DNA from: Trypethelium eluteriae
Taxonomy: Eukaryota
Length of the DNA stretch: 64,000 nucleotides
Assembly: GCA_051942245.1 (NCBI GenBank)
Contig: JAVECL010000005.1
Span: 1-64,000, forward strand
Direction of reading: 5' to 3'
Position 1 is the first letter of the stretch, and the number at the start of each line of letters is the position of its first letter. Under the pieces are notes generated by a model. The model saw nothing but the letters and a program-made list of their open reading frames with translations. It did no database searches and was not told where the DNA came from. The position numbers were made by a program, and so were the translations under genes. Below are positions 38,949 through 49,950 of this stretch, in pieces.

Positions 38949-40879
38949 ATGACTACTACTACCCTGTCTCGTGCAGCAGTCAATGACTTCGACTATGTGA
39001 TTGTTGGTGGCGGAACAGCAGGCTGCGTCATTGCTAGCAGACTCTCTCAATATCTTCCACAGAAGAAAGTACTTCTTATCGAGGCTGGCCCAAGCGACTA
39101 TAACGATGATCGTGTGCTCAACCTTAAGGAATGGCTAGGCCTCCTTGGTGGTGAACTCGACTACGATTATGGAACGACCGAGCAGCCAAATGGCAAGTGA
39201 CTTCCTTAGCACTCTGCGAAGCCCAAAGCAGCATGCCCAGAGCAACATGCCCAGAGCAACCTCGCAGAGCCGTCGTGCCCAGAAGCAGCTTCTGCCGGAC
39301 CAGTCATCAGCCCACATGCATCTTTCCAGTCCCGTGTTGGAGATAGTATTAATATATGATTAGGTAACTCATTCATTCGCCATTCTCGTGCCAAAGTCCT
39401 GGGCGGATGCAGCTCACACAACACACTGATTTCCTTCCGCCCCTTCGAACACGACTGCCAACGATGGCAGGCAAAGGGCTGTCCGTCATGGTCCTTTGCA
39501 ACAATGACTCGACTTGTTGACAACATTCGCACTACGTACCAGCCTGTACATGAACGTCATCGTAACCAACTTTGCAAAGATTGGATCAAGTCTTGCTCAT
39601 CGGCACTTGATCTTCCCATAATCGAGAATTTCAACCAGGAAATCCGAAGGACTGGTAAATTGAGCAAAGGTGTCGGTTTTTTCAATGTCTCGTATAACCC
39701 AGATGACGGAAAACGAAGCAGTGCCAGTGTCGCTTACATCCATCCCATTCTGAGAGGGACTGAACGACGACCGAATCTCACAATTCTCACCAATACCTGG
39801 GTGAGCCGCGTCAATGTGGACGGCAATCGAGCAATTGGGGTTGACATCGCCCTGCAAAGCGGAGAGAAGCTCAGTTTGAAGCCCAGAATCGAGACCATTC
39901 TTTCGGCCGGAGCCATCGATACACCGCGCCTGATGCTTTTGTCCGGACTGGGTCCGAAGCAGCAACTGCAGGACCTTGGCATACCAGTCGTTAGAGATAT
40001 TCCAGGTGTAGGGGAAAATCTCATCGATCACCCCGAGAGCATTATCATGTGGGAATTGGTAAATTGTGGAGCTCTTTTTGGGATCCGTGGAATAGAGACT
40101 GATGGGAGGTACAGAACAAGCCGGTTCCTACAAATCAGACCACGATGGACTCTGACGCTGGCATATTCTTCCGTCGTGAAGTACGCAATGCTGCCGGAAA
40201 TGATGGCGATGCTGCAGATGTTATGATGCACTGCTACCAGATCCCCTTTACCCTCAACACCACCAGGTACGTTGGCAGTCTTTGAAATTTGTACTTTTTC
40301 ATAATAAAAGTCCTCATTTTCGTCTTCAGACTTGGTTATGACGCCCCTCCCGATGGCTATGCGTTCTGCATGACCCCAAATATCCCCCGTGCCCGTTCCA
40401 AGGGACGTGTCTACCTCACCTCCTCCGACCCTAGCGTCAAGCCCGCCCTCGACTTTCGCTACTTCACTGACCCTCAAGGCTACGACGCCGCTACCCTCGT
40501 CGCTGGGATCCATGCCGCCCGGCGCGTCGCCCAGGAATCACCCTTCAAAGACTGGCTCAAACGCGAAGTCGCGCCTGGCCCTGGCGTCACCAGTGACGAA
40601 GCCATCTCTGAGTATGCGCGTCGTGTGGCCCACACAGTGTACCATCCCGCTGGCACCACAAAGATGGGGGATGTGAGTCAGGATGAGATGGTGGTGGTTG
40701 AGTCGGAGACGTTGAAGGTGAAGGGATTGGAAGGCTTGCGGATTGCGGATGCGGGCTTGTTTCCGGAGATGCCGAGTATTAATCCGATGCTGTCGGTATT
40801 GGCGTTTGGAGAGAGGATTGCGGAGATACTGGCAGAGGAGGCAGGATGGAATGGGAGAGACGGGAGGGCGAGGTTGTAG
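38949..40879 (+). CDS. codA: Choline oxidase-like GMC oxidoreductase with PTS1 (-ARL), 4 exons
   Basis: FDYVIVGGGTAGCVIASRL; GNSFIRHSRAKVLGGCSSHN; GVGENLIDHPE; HTVYHPAGTTKMG; NPMLSV. These match choline oxidase-type GMC motifs. Confidence 0.85.
39221..39262 (+). repeat. 14-bp tandem repeat x3 in choline oxidase intron 1
   Basis: gcccaaagcagcat gcccagagcaacat gcccagagcaacct, followed by more degenerate copies. Confidence 0.8.
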
Positions 40880-41519
40880 ACAACGGGTCGAATGGAAAAA
40901 TGATGGCGGGATAAGAAGGGTATGAGGCGATGGAGATGAAAATGAAGCTCTTCAGGTTACGCTGGCCTTCTATGTGCCGTATCTAGGTAGGCTACCATTC
41001 CGCAACATTGGACCAGGACGTTCCCTCATGGAGAACCCTGTACTACTGAAATCAATCAACTATGCCAGTAGGTATGTTTAGTCCACCGTTTGCGGATTTC
41101 TCGAGTCGTGTCTGTACTATTTCATGGATGTCTGGTTGGAGCCTTGAATCGAAAACAACATCTTAGTTCATTCTGCACTTAAGGTATTATGCCACGTCGT
41201 TATCACTGAGACGCCACAAGAGTGGAGGCATCCGTAAGAGAAAGGTCGCTCTTCCGTCTCTACGACGATAACGATTTCCGTTTGTGAAGAGCTATTACTC
41301 AGAGAGGCAAGATCAATACTCTTCCAACTCAGTACCGCCTGATTGTCCGCGATATCAATCAGATTGCAGGTTTCGCCGCATCGAGATCTATCAAACCCCT
41401 CACCTTTCACGTCTGCTGGCCCTTCGAAGCTCCGGTGTCTGATTCCTCACAATATCTTGGCGCGAGCACGCTACCAAAAGTTCGCTCAAGGCCGCAATCA
41501 GCGCAGGCGTCGATTAGGT

Positions 41520-41699
41520 AAGATCCGGGTCTAGGGACGTAGACTTTGTCTATACAATTATCGAACCGCCAAAAATTAGATCCGTCACGCTGACTAGAGT
41601 ACCCATCGTAGCTCTCATACTGAACCAACGGTAAGTGGAGTTCCGGTTGCCCAGCTGCGAACGTTAGCGCGCTGGTGAATGCATGGCAACTGACTGTTT
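41520..41699 (+). repeat. Diverged direct repeat, copy 1 (pairs with 43975-44149)
   Basis: Colinear shared blocks aagatccggg, agggacg, agatccRtcacgctgacta, catcgt, tactgaaScaacggYaagtgRagt, cgcgctgg(g)tgaatgcatg, tgttt. Confidence 0.85.
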
Positions 41700-41968
41700 A
41701 CATCTCGCCCTCATTCACATACCAGTCTGCCATGGATTTGTAGGATCTTCGTGTGATCTCCAGCATTACCCGTATCTTATCAACAGATTAGGTAGGTATT
41801 CTTCGCTTTGTACCTCCGTTCTACCACTACTGCCACGTCCCCAACGTCACCACACAGTTCTCAACGCGATTACCACTTAGAATAGGTACTTTTCAGCAAG
41901 CCCAACAATCAAAGCCCATCTCTCTCCGCCCACTATTGTGTACAACCAAGACAGAGACGGCAGCGAAC

Positions 41969-43381
41969 ATGTCTGAGGAGCCTCCATCCTTCAGTGAGAT
42001 AGCTGATGGAGAGACACTCACTCCTAAAAATCGACAGTCTTTCAAATGTGTATGTCATATCCCACAACACTTCATAGCAGCAAAGACTAAGTCTGGTAAT
42101 TTAGCTACTCCAGACTTTTCGTAATTTCCTAGGAAATGAGTCGGATGTTGAGCAACAAGCCTGCTCAGACTCGGCTTTGCTCAGTTATATTCGCGAAGTT
42201 GGGCATATGGGCCTTTCTCTTCCAGTCGACAATCCATTTGCATCCCAGCCAGGGGATGATACTGAAGTTTCCGATAGTCAACCTCTTGCACATCACCCTC
42301 GCAAATGCAAGAGAGCGGTCTACACGTCTCCGATGAGAACATCAGGACCCCAGAGTCTGTCCTATCTGCCCTGATGTAAGACGCTGCTGACCTTGTCTAG
42401 AACGCCAACGAATATCAAACAATGATACTCCACTGATGACTCTCCCCAGTACCCTCTTACCCGGTGTCTCATTGCAGAGGACGATTGAAATTCGCGACCA
42501 AGTCTTTTCCCAAATAGAGACACGCACCTTCTTTATAAGGGTTAATTCGCGGGCGAGTGAATCTGTGTTAGGTACAACCACAGCAGCCGAGTTGTGCAAC
42601 TTCTTCTTTTATGATCTCTTGAGTCGTCCTGCTCATGGTCGGCTTCACAGTATTATGGAACAGTTCAAAGCAGAACAGGACTCCTTCTCTGGCGAAGGAC
42701 CAGCAGCACAGACTGATAAGGTCGCACATTCGCACTCGGACTACGAACCCTTCGCGTCTTTCTTCAAATCGGTAGCTCAAGTACAGCGGACCGCATCCAA
42801 GCCAAACAACTTACTACAACAGCTTTACCGCATTAAAGCTGCATTGGATCTACACCACGAATACAAACGCTTGATCGACTTAGCAAAGAACAATGATCCT
42901 GGCCTAAAGCGCGTCCTCAACAAGCACAAAGCCATACCAGCAAGGGGCGTCAGCCATGCTACTTGTATAATCAACTATACCTCAGATACATTAGGCCAAG
43001 ACCGGCAGAAGTTTAGAAGCTCGTTATACCATACTAAGGGCTTTGCCGTGCTGGAGCGTAAGTTTGGGACGGGCATCTTGGTCTTCCTACCACTCAACAT
43101 AGACCACAAGTAAGAATAGAATCCATTCCGACCACTTGGTTAATTTTTATTACTTTTTGGGCTAAATGGATACTTTTAGGCTACAATCATGGGGCAAGTA
43201 CCGGCTTACTTTTGTTACAGAAGAACTGCATGCGTATTTGCCAGAACTAGGGCGGTTATGCAGTAAGTTGGCGGAGGATATCTATTTCCCCATCGTTAAC
43301 GGCGAGCCTCTCGGATCCAATATCACGCTTTTGCTCGAACGAGGAAACATGTTTCCACTACTATTGGAGGAACCATTGTGA
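41969..43381 (+). CDS. Orphan hypothetical protein (~430 aa), probable 4 exons
   Basis: ORFs 41936-42124, 42177-42374, 42436-43113 and 43166-43381 join in frame through GT-AG introns (approx. 42050-42104, 42355-42400, 43110-43179). The second donor is weak. No recognised domain. Confidence 0.55.
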
Positions 43382-43974
43382 TGAATATTATTGCCCCTCT
43401 TGCCTTGCGCTCAACAAATCTGCTTGTTTCTTTGGTATACCAAGCTCACTTGGTATGTTCTAAACGACACATGCTCGTTCATCTGTGTACTCACTGCAGG
43501 ATATCAGAACGAGGGGCACGGAAAGTAGCTTTGTCTGCTACTTGAAAGATTTTGGGAAACCTACGGTGATGGAGATGGCCGTGGGTCTTTACCCTAAGCC
43601 TATTGTGGTGTAGAGTAGTGTAGTGTGGAGGGAAGCAAGGGATATCAATGCGAACGCGCAGGCAGGAGGATTGGGCAATATGGAATCAACATGTCATCCA
43701 GACATTATTAACGATTGTATATGTTTCGGCAGGCAGTTATCAGTTCGACATTACGTAGTCCTCAGTCTTTACAGTCGACCTTCTACATTACCTGTTACTA
43801 CTTCTTCTCATACACATCACACCACTCTACCACCCACTTCTCTCGACTCATTCGTCCGATCAAACATCCCTCAGAAAGGACCCCAAGACACACCGCACAG
43901 GCCTTGCATATACCTACACGACTCACACAACCTGCATTATCACACTAAAAGCTCTGACAGGGCCTGGCTTCCTC

Positions 43975-44149
43975 AAGATCCGGGATTCAGGGACGCAGAA
44001 TATCTTTACAGTTACCAACGCGCCGAAAATAAGATCCATCACGCTGACTACTCATCGTGGTTCCCGTACTGAAGCAACGGCAAGTGAAGTCACAAGCGCT
44101 GAGCCGCGAGCATTGACGCGCTGGGTGAATGCATGTCAATTGATTGTTT
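43975..44149 (+). repeat. Diverged direct repeat, copy 2
   Basis: Colinear similarity to 41520-41699; many of the differences are transitions. Confidence 0.85.
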
Positions 44150-44646
44150 GCCGTCCAAATACCACCGCCAGCTGGTCATCCGATATCCCTAATTTGCATA
44201 CTGTTCAAACTCAATACCCTCGTTTCTTGTAATCGTACAAGATGCCTTTCGTTAATTGTCTAAGGGATCTTGAAGAATCAATGTATAGTCGTACACGCTA
44301 GTTCGGTAAACTATGAAAACATAGGTATTCATTACATCTCCAAGTTGCAAGGCTCGACCACATCAAACAAGAAGAAAGAAAAAGAGAGAAAACTACAAAA
44401 GGAAACATGTCCAATTTGAAGGGAAAAAAAAAGAGGAGAAAGGAAAGAAAATAAAGAAGATACCGCTGTGACAATTCATTCCTACAGCTACCCTGACTCG
44501 GTCGTTTAGGGAGTGCGGAGCTGATGAAACCTGCATGCACCTTCGTCCCATTCATTCATGCTTAGATGTCGGTTATTAGTGTCGGAAAGACCTGTCCTCC
44601 TCCCTTGAAAGAGCCAGTCCATGATTAGCGCTTGATCTACCATGTT

Positions 44647-46069
44647 CTACGGACGATCATCCGCAAAACCATCCTCCTCCGCTTGTTGATTTCCTTGATC
44701 TGTCTCGGGCTCTGTTTCCTCATTCCCTTTGTCAGAGCCATGGTCAGGTTCCTGCTCCCCACCAAAGCTTTCACCACCACTCATATACCCACTGTCGTAA
44801 GTGTTATGACGCTCATATTCATGACCCCGCGAGGAGGACCGCCCACGTTCGTCCGAATGACCATGAACGACTGGCAAGTTCCAGCGTGACTCGTCAACGA
44901 ACGTCATTCCCTCCGCATTTTCGCCAGCTATACTGCGGGCTTTCGAAGTAGAACGACCTCTGTCGCCACGATCGTGGGTGTAGCTAGGCTCGCTCCTTAC
45001 CCGTGAGCTGTCCCGTCTTGATCCATGACCTGCTGTTCTGGACGGTCTTTTCCAACAACCTCTCGATTGACTTGGTGCAACAGTCGACCTGTTTTTGGCA
45101 CTGGATTTCCTCAAAATAGCCTCGCTTCGAACTGGTGAAGAGTTCCGACTTACTGGGCCATCCGTCGTGATCGGAATTGCAAAACTTGGTGGGCCAGTCT
45201 GGTCTTCGCTATTACATCCATGATCTATTGTTTCGTCTTCAAATTCTGGCTCTTCAGCTAGCCTCGATCTGGAGGACGTCGTGTCCCTCGAGTGGGACCG
45301 CTGTGATGATGCTCTTGACTCAGACCGCTTCGTGTCTCCTGGATGGGAGCGTCGGGATTCGATGGATGTCGAACGCTTTGATGATGCCCTTGATTCGGAC
45401 CGCTTCGAGTCTTCTGAATGGGAGCGTTGGAATTCGACGGATGTTGAACGCTTTGAGCTTCTGGAATCGCTGCGATGTCTAGATCCTTCATCCAATCCTT
45501 CATCAGGGCGTCTAGAATGGTCATAACCATTCAACTCGTCATCGAAATCGTCTTGTTCATATTTTGGGGTATAGACCTCATCCTCGTGCAATGGTGCTAG
45601 TGTCCGGGATGTTGGGTGAGCACGGGATCGTCCTCGATGACGTGAGTTCCGGGATGCTTTGGAGACTTCCCTTTCCCATGCCTCGACTTGAGCTCGCAGT
45701 TTTCCTTCTTGAGACTCCTTTGAGTTCATAGATCTTCCTCGAGCTTGTTTATGCTTCTGCTGCGGTTTTGAGTGCATGCTCAGCGTACATTTAGGAAGGG
45801 AAGGTCTCACCTTTTGAGCTTTGTGCTCATCCTCGACTATCTTCGCCCGACCTAGACCTTATCAGCAGACCGTCACATCTTGAATGGGGAGAATTGGCTT
45901 CTGGGTTAAGGATGTCAGAATTTGGAACCCAGTTCTTACATTCTTTGCAGCATTCCTTCATCGGCATTTGCTTAGTCGACACAGTTTCGCACCCTTTCTT
46001 TTTGCAACGAGCGAAGTCTGGGGGTTTCTCGTGACGACAAGCGTACTTGGTGTATCTCACAACACACAT
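44647..46069 (-). CDS. Orphan protein with Cys/His-rich N-terminus and Ser/Arg-rich low-complexity body, 3 exons
   Basis: MCVVRYTKYACRHEKPPDFARCKKKGC...ECCKE|CLGRAKIVEDEHKAQK|QKHKQARG... spliced through GTAAGA and GTGAGA donors into the 387-aa ORF. Confidence 0.6.
45290..45480 (-). repeat. ~75-bp (25-aa) coding tandem repeat, about 2.5 copies
   Basis: SRSSKRSTSVEFQRSHSEDSKRSE / SRASSKRSTSIESRRSHPGDTKRSE / SRASSQRSHS. Confidence 0.8.
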
Positions 46070-48045
46070 GGTAAAGTTCGTCACTTATCTGTGTAATTAC
46101 TGCAGAATGTCAGGACAAGGGACATGGAAATTGGCTTTGCCTGTTCTCTGAAAAACTCTGTGATAGGGCCTGACTTCTTCTTAATTCTAATTATGGCCGC
46201 AGGGCGCCGTCAATGAGAGTCGTAGGGCAATTAAGAGGATCTTTGGCGGATTGCTCGAGCGTACTTCAGATTGTTTTTACGACGGTCTGGAATCAACTAG
46301 AGTCTTCTGGATAGGCAGAAGTTTTTTTGCTTTGTTTCTTTGAATTGATGTGAGTTTGTAGAAGGGAAAGCTCGAGTCCCAAGCAGGGGCTTGCGAGTTA
46401 AATAATACTTCGCAATGCAATTGTCCATAGAAGATCACAGTAACACATGACTCCCCGCTACAGTCACAGCAGCATCACTCTACAGCATATTCCTCAAGGC
46501 CATTGGTATTAATGAAGGGCAAGACCGAATTTGAAGGGTGACCCAATCTTGCTTACTGAATGTCATAGGGGGACTCAAGCTTTGGAGCCTCGAATGAGAG
46601 GTGTCGCCAACAAGCGTGTGTATTAGTCACAGAGCCATTAGCCGATGTTGAGGATTGAGAAATAAAACGATGTCCTCGTAGGGTTTCTTGTGAATTCTTT
46701 GCCTTTCTCGCTCTGGTTCTTGCTCTGGAAAATAAACGACTTGTTCTGGGGGTTGAGAAATACCGCCTGAATAATCGTCGACTCGAGGATTATTCGACAA
46801 CTAGAGGAACATGAATCAACTTCACGTGCTTGCTGGACTATTGCCAATTACAGCATGAGTGACTTCCAGTTATCATCATGACCTGTACACTCTGTACTGG
46901 ATGCTGAGTCAGGTTGAGAATGCAATCCCACGCCGCTTTCAAGAATCTCGGCAGCATAACAACCATCGACTCAACGAAGTCACAGGCGCTGCGAGTAAAA
47001 AAGATTACTAAAACGGTATCGGTCGTGTGACGCTCAGTAGACTAGAATGAGTAAGTATTGCGACGATACAACGACACAGACGGTGACAGACCACAATCTA
47101 CAGTCGCTAGCAGACGCCATTTTGAACAGTATGGAGTACAGAAGGCTTATTGCGAGACAAATTGACTAGCAGATCCTGGACGTCTTCGAACAATAATTTA
47201 GCATTCAGCAAGGTCTCGTCGACAGTTCAAAGTCTTCAAGATTAAACGATGCAACTGCAACATGTTATCTTTTGGACGTCGTCTCCGATTGGCCGACTTC
47301 GATGAAGACCTTTACTCTTTTGCCTCTAGCATTGCGCAAATATAGCCGGAACTCTGCAGGCAAAATGAATGAAACGGATTGCTCATAATAAACATCCCTT
47401 GATACGTAGGGAAAAATCGGGCAGATTATGAGATCGGAGGCCCTCATTAGTCTTCACTCGGCTCAGCGGCTTTGGTACGATACCGTAGGGTACCTCAAAC
47501 TCTTTTCCAAGCCAGCCGGTTGGCAGTACCTGGTCGTACTACCAACAGCGCCATTCCTCGTTGGCGCCAATTCGATTAGATTTGGCAACTTGCTAACATT
47601 TGTTCTCTAGTTCATTGCAACTCGTACGACTTCACTCTCTTCCGTAAGAACGAAATTGTATGCTTGAAAGGCTCGCCTCTCTTTACAATGCCGTTGAAGC
47701 TTCGTTCTGCTAGAGTTTTGCAACGACAAGAGCAAAGGCTTTCAGACTGTCAGTCCGTCGGTCAGAGCAACGCAGCTCTGTCTGCTCAGGCTCATTGCTA
47801 CGAAGCGGGTACAGGTCGTTGAATTGTTAATGCTTTAGCACCCACCCATCCAACCAGCACAGATCCAAGGGTCTATTGACCCAGCGCGACGTCACCAACC
47901 TCGACCAGTCGATTGTAAGTTGGTCCTTTACAATACTATTTCATCGCCCCTTTTCCCAGTGAATAGAATGCTGTAGAACTCTTTGTCTTTCCTATCTTTC
48001 CTTCACTTAGGTCTTGTTACTGGGCTGGCCCCTTTATATCTTGCA

Positions 48046-48716
48046 ATGCGATTTTCCTTCCTCCCTTTTGGCGTTTTGTTAACCCTTGGTGAACTATGCG
48101 CCTCTCACCCACTTGCAGAGTACAAGCTCCGAGGTCCCAGGAAAGAGGATTTTGAGATTATCGGTTCCCCCAACCAGAACTACTGGGGATTTCAACCCCC
48201 GGACCCAGGCTGGTATAGAATTCAAGGGCCAGGTAAGGTATCCGTCCAAGCACAACGGAATTAAAGACTGAGAGTACGCAGGCTCATGCAATCGTACGTG
48301 AACTGTACCTGATGACATGTTCGTCGATCCCTTTCCCAAGCCCAAGAGCACTGTTGATCGCCCCTCAAATCAGCCCTGCCTCAGACTGACCAAGGTCTCA
48401 GAGGGAGCCACTATCATACAGGGTTTATCTGAGTCACAGGCTCTGAATCTCACAGATGTCAAGGGTGACGATGTGACAAGCACGCACGAATCCATCCAAA
48501 ATGCTAAGGTACCTTGAAAAATCTGCAGGTGCGCGTCATACTGCAAATCATGCTTACAATTGCGCCCAGTATCGGTATCTGGCTGCCTTTGGCTCCGTAA
48601 ATGATGATCCAGGTAAAGAAGAATACAAATGGGTTATCGTCGGTGATGGTGAACTCCAGGTCTGGAGCGGCAAGCAGGCTAAATCACTCCATGAGAGGAA
48701 CTGGGTGGAAGGTTAG
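48046..48716 (+). pseudogene. Probable disrupted gene for a secreted protein
   Basis: Signal-peptide-like MRFSFLPFGVLLTLGELCASHP; GTAAGG..CAG intron followed by an in-frame TGA (~48299) before MFVDPF; frame change near 48510 into a final ORF. Confidence 0.4.
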
Positions 48717-49020
48717 TATCTTTTCGTGTTGCGATCGAACTACATCACCCGCTTTGGTGCCATTGTGTTTTACGAAAGCTCCGACATATGGACAAGCGGC
48801 TGACGGTTTTTGTAGGTTCTCTGGCTGCTGACTCAGACAGTCTTAAGGCCCGAAGTTTGTACGAATGTCCAGACTTATCAAAACTGGGACAGGCGGTGCT
48901 TTGATCGATAGGATACAATGCGGGTGTATCTGTCAAACATTTGGGTATCGTGTGAACATTGGATTGCCATCGTTCGGTATCCGGATTCAATCAACATCGA
49001 GAGCCCTAGTTCTCCATTAA

Positions 49021-49736
49021 TTCTGTATTTGCGACTGTCTTAGCCCCTCTGCGCTGCAACCGTCGTCGGTGTTCCTAATTACGTTGAAATATGAATCCAA
49101 TTTCCTGCGCGAAGACGGCACCGCAAAACAAACAGGCTGGTTGGGTTTAATGTAAATGTAAACAATGGTCGGTATCGTGAACACGTTCGTGCCATTGTAG
49201 AAGATTCTCCGCTGCTCCTGCCAAAGCTCGCAGGCATCTCTGATGATCCAAACGGTACGCAACCTTCGGAGATCCTGCGCAGAGAGTTCCTCCGTATACT
49301 CAGGGATGCGAACGAAGCAAGAAAATTCCCTGTGACGGACTTTCCTACGGTGGCAATTGCGGCCAGACGTTCGAAGGGCACAGTAAGAAACCGGCCTCTT
49401 AGGTGGAACCAAGGGAGCCATGACGCCGTGCCTTTCAATGATGTGCTAAAGCACCTTGAGCGCCTTGTACGTAGCGAGCCCAAGGTCGGAGAATGGCAAA
49501 AATGCAAGGGCGTTCTTGCGAAGGCTTATTTGAGGGAAAATGCAGAAGAAATTTGGACCAGGCCGTTGACTGGATTAGCTGGTCAGTTCTTAGAACCAAC
49601 AGGTAAGATCCAAACCTCGCTCCTAGAGACTGGCTGTAAAGCAAACACATTGCTTGTGAACAAGCAAACGAGCTTGCGATGGTACCTGTGCTTCCATTTT
49701 CGTGCAGGCATAGACCACCCCACCGAAGGATCTTAA
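49021..49736 (+). pseudogene. Decayed coding-like segment of unknown family
   Basis: Stop-free frame 49095-49736 with no ATG start (GRYREHVRAIVEDSPLLLPKL...EILRREFLRILRDANEARKFP) and an apparent frameshifted piece upstream. Confidence 0.3.
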
Positions 49737-49950
49737 GCTTCGCCACCATCAAAAGAGTCGTATTAGCTGCTTCTCCGAAGTCTATCTGCAAAATGGATAT
49801 CTGAGGTAATGCACATTCTATGTGAGTATCAGCAACATTAGGAGGCGAAGTAGTTCCATAAGCGACCGTACCAAGCACGATCCTGTCACGGCATCTGCGG
49901 AAAATCGGATTGACTGAGCGAGCATAGTCTCTCACTTGTCATGAGTATCA

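Noticed and set aside
41520..44149. Direct repeats interpreted as LTRs of an intact retrotransposon
   Set aside because: No gag/pol motifs, TG...CA termini or target-site duplication seen; kept only as an unexplained duplication.
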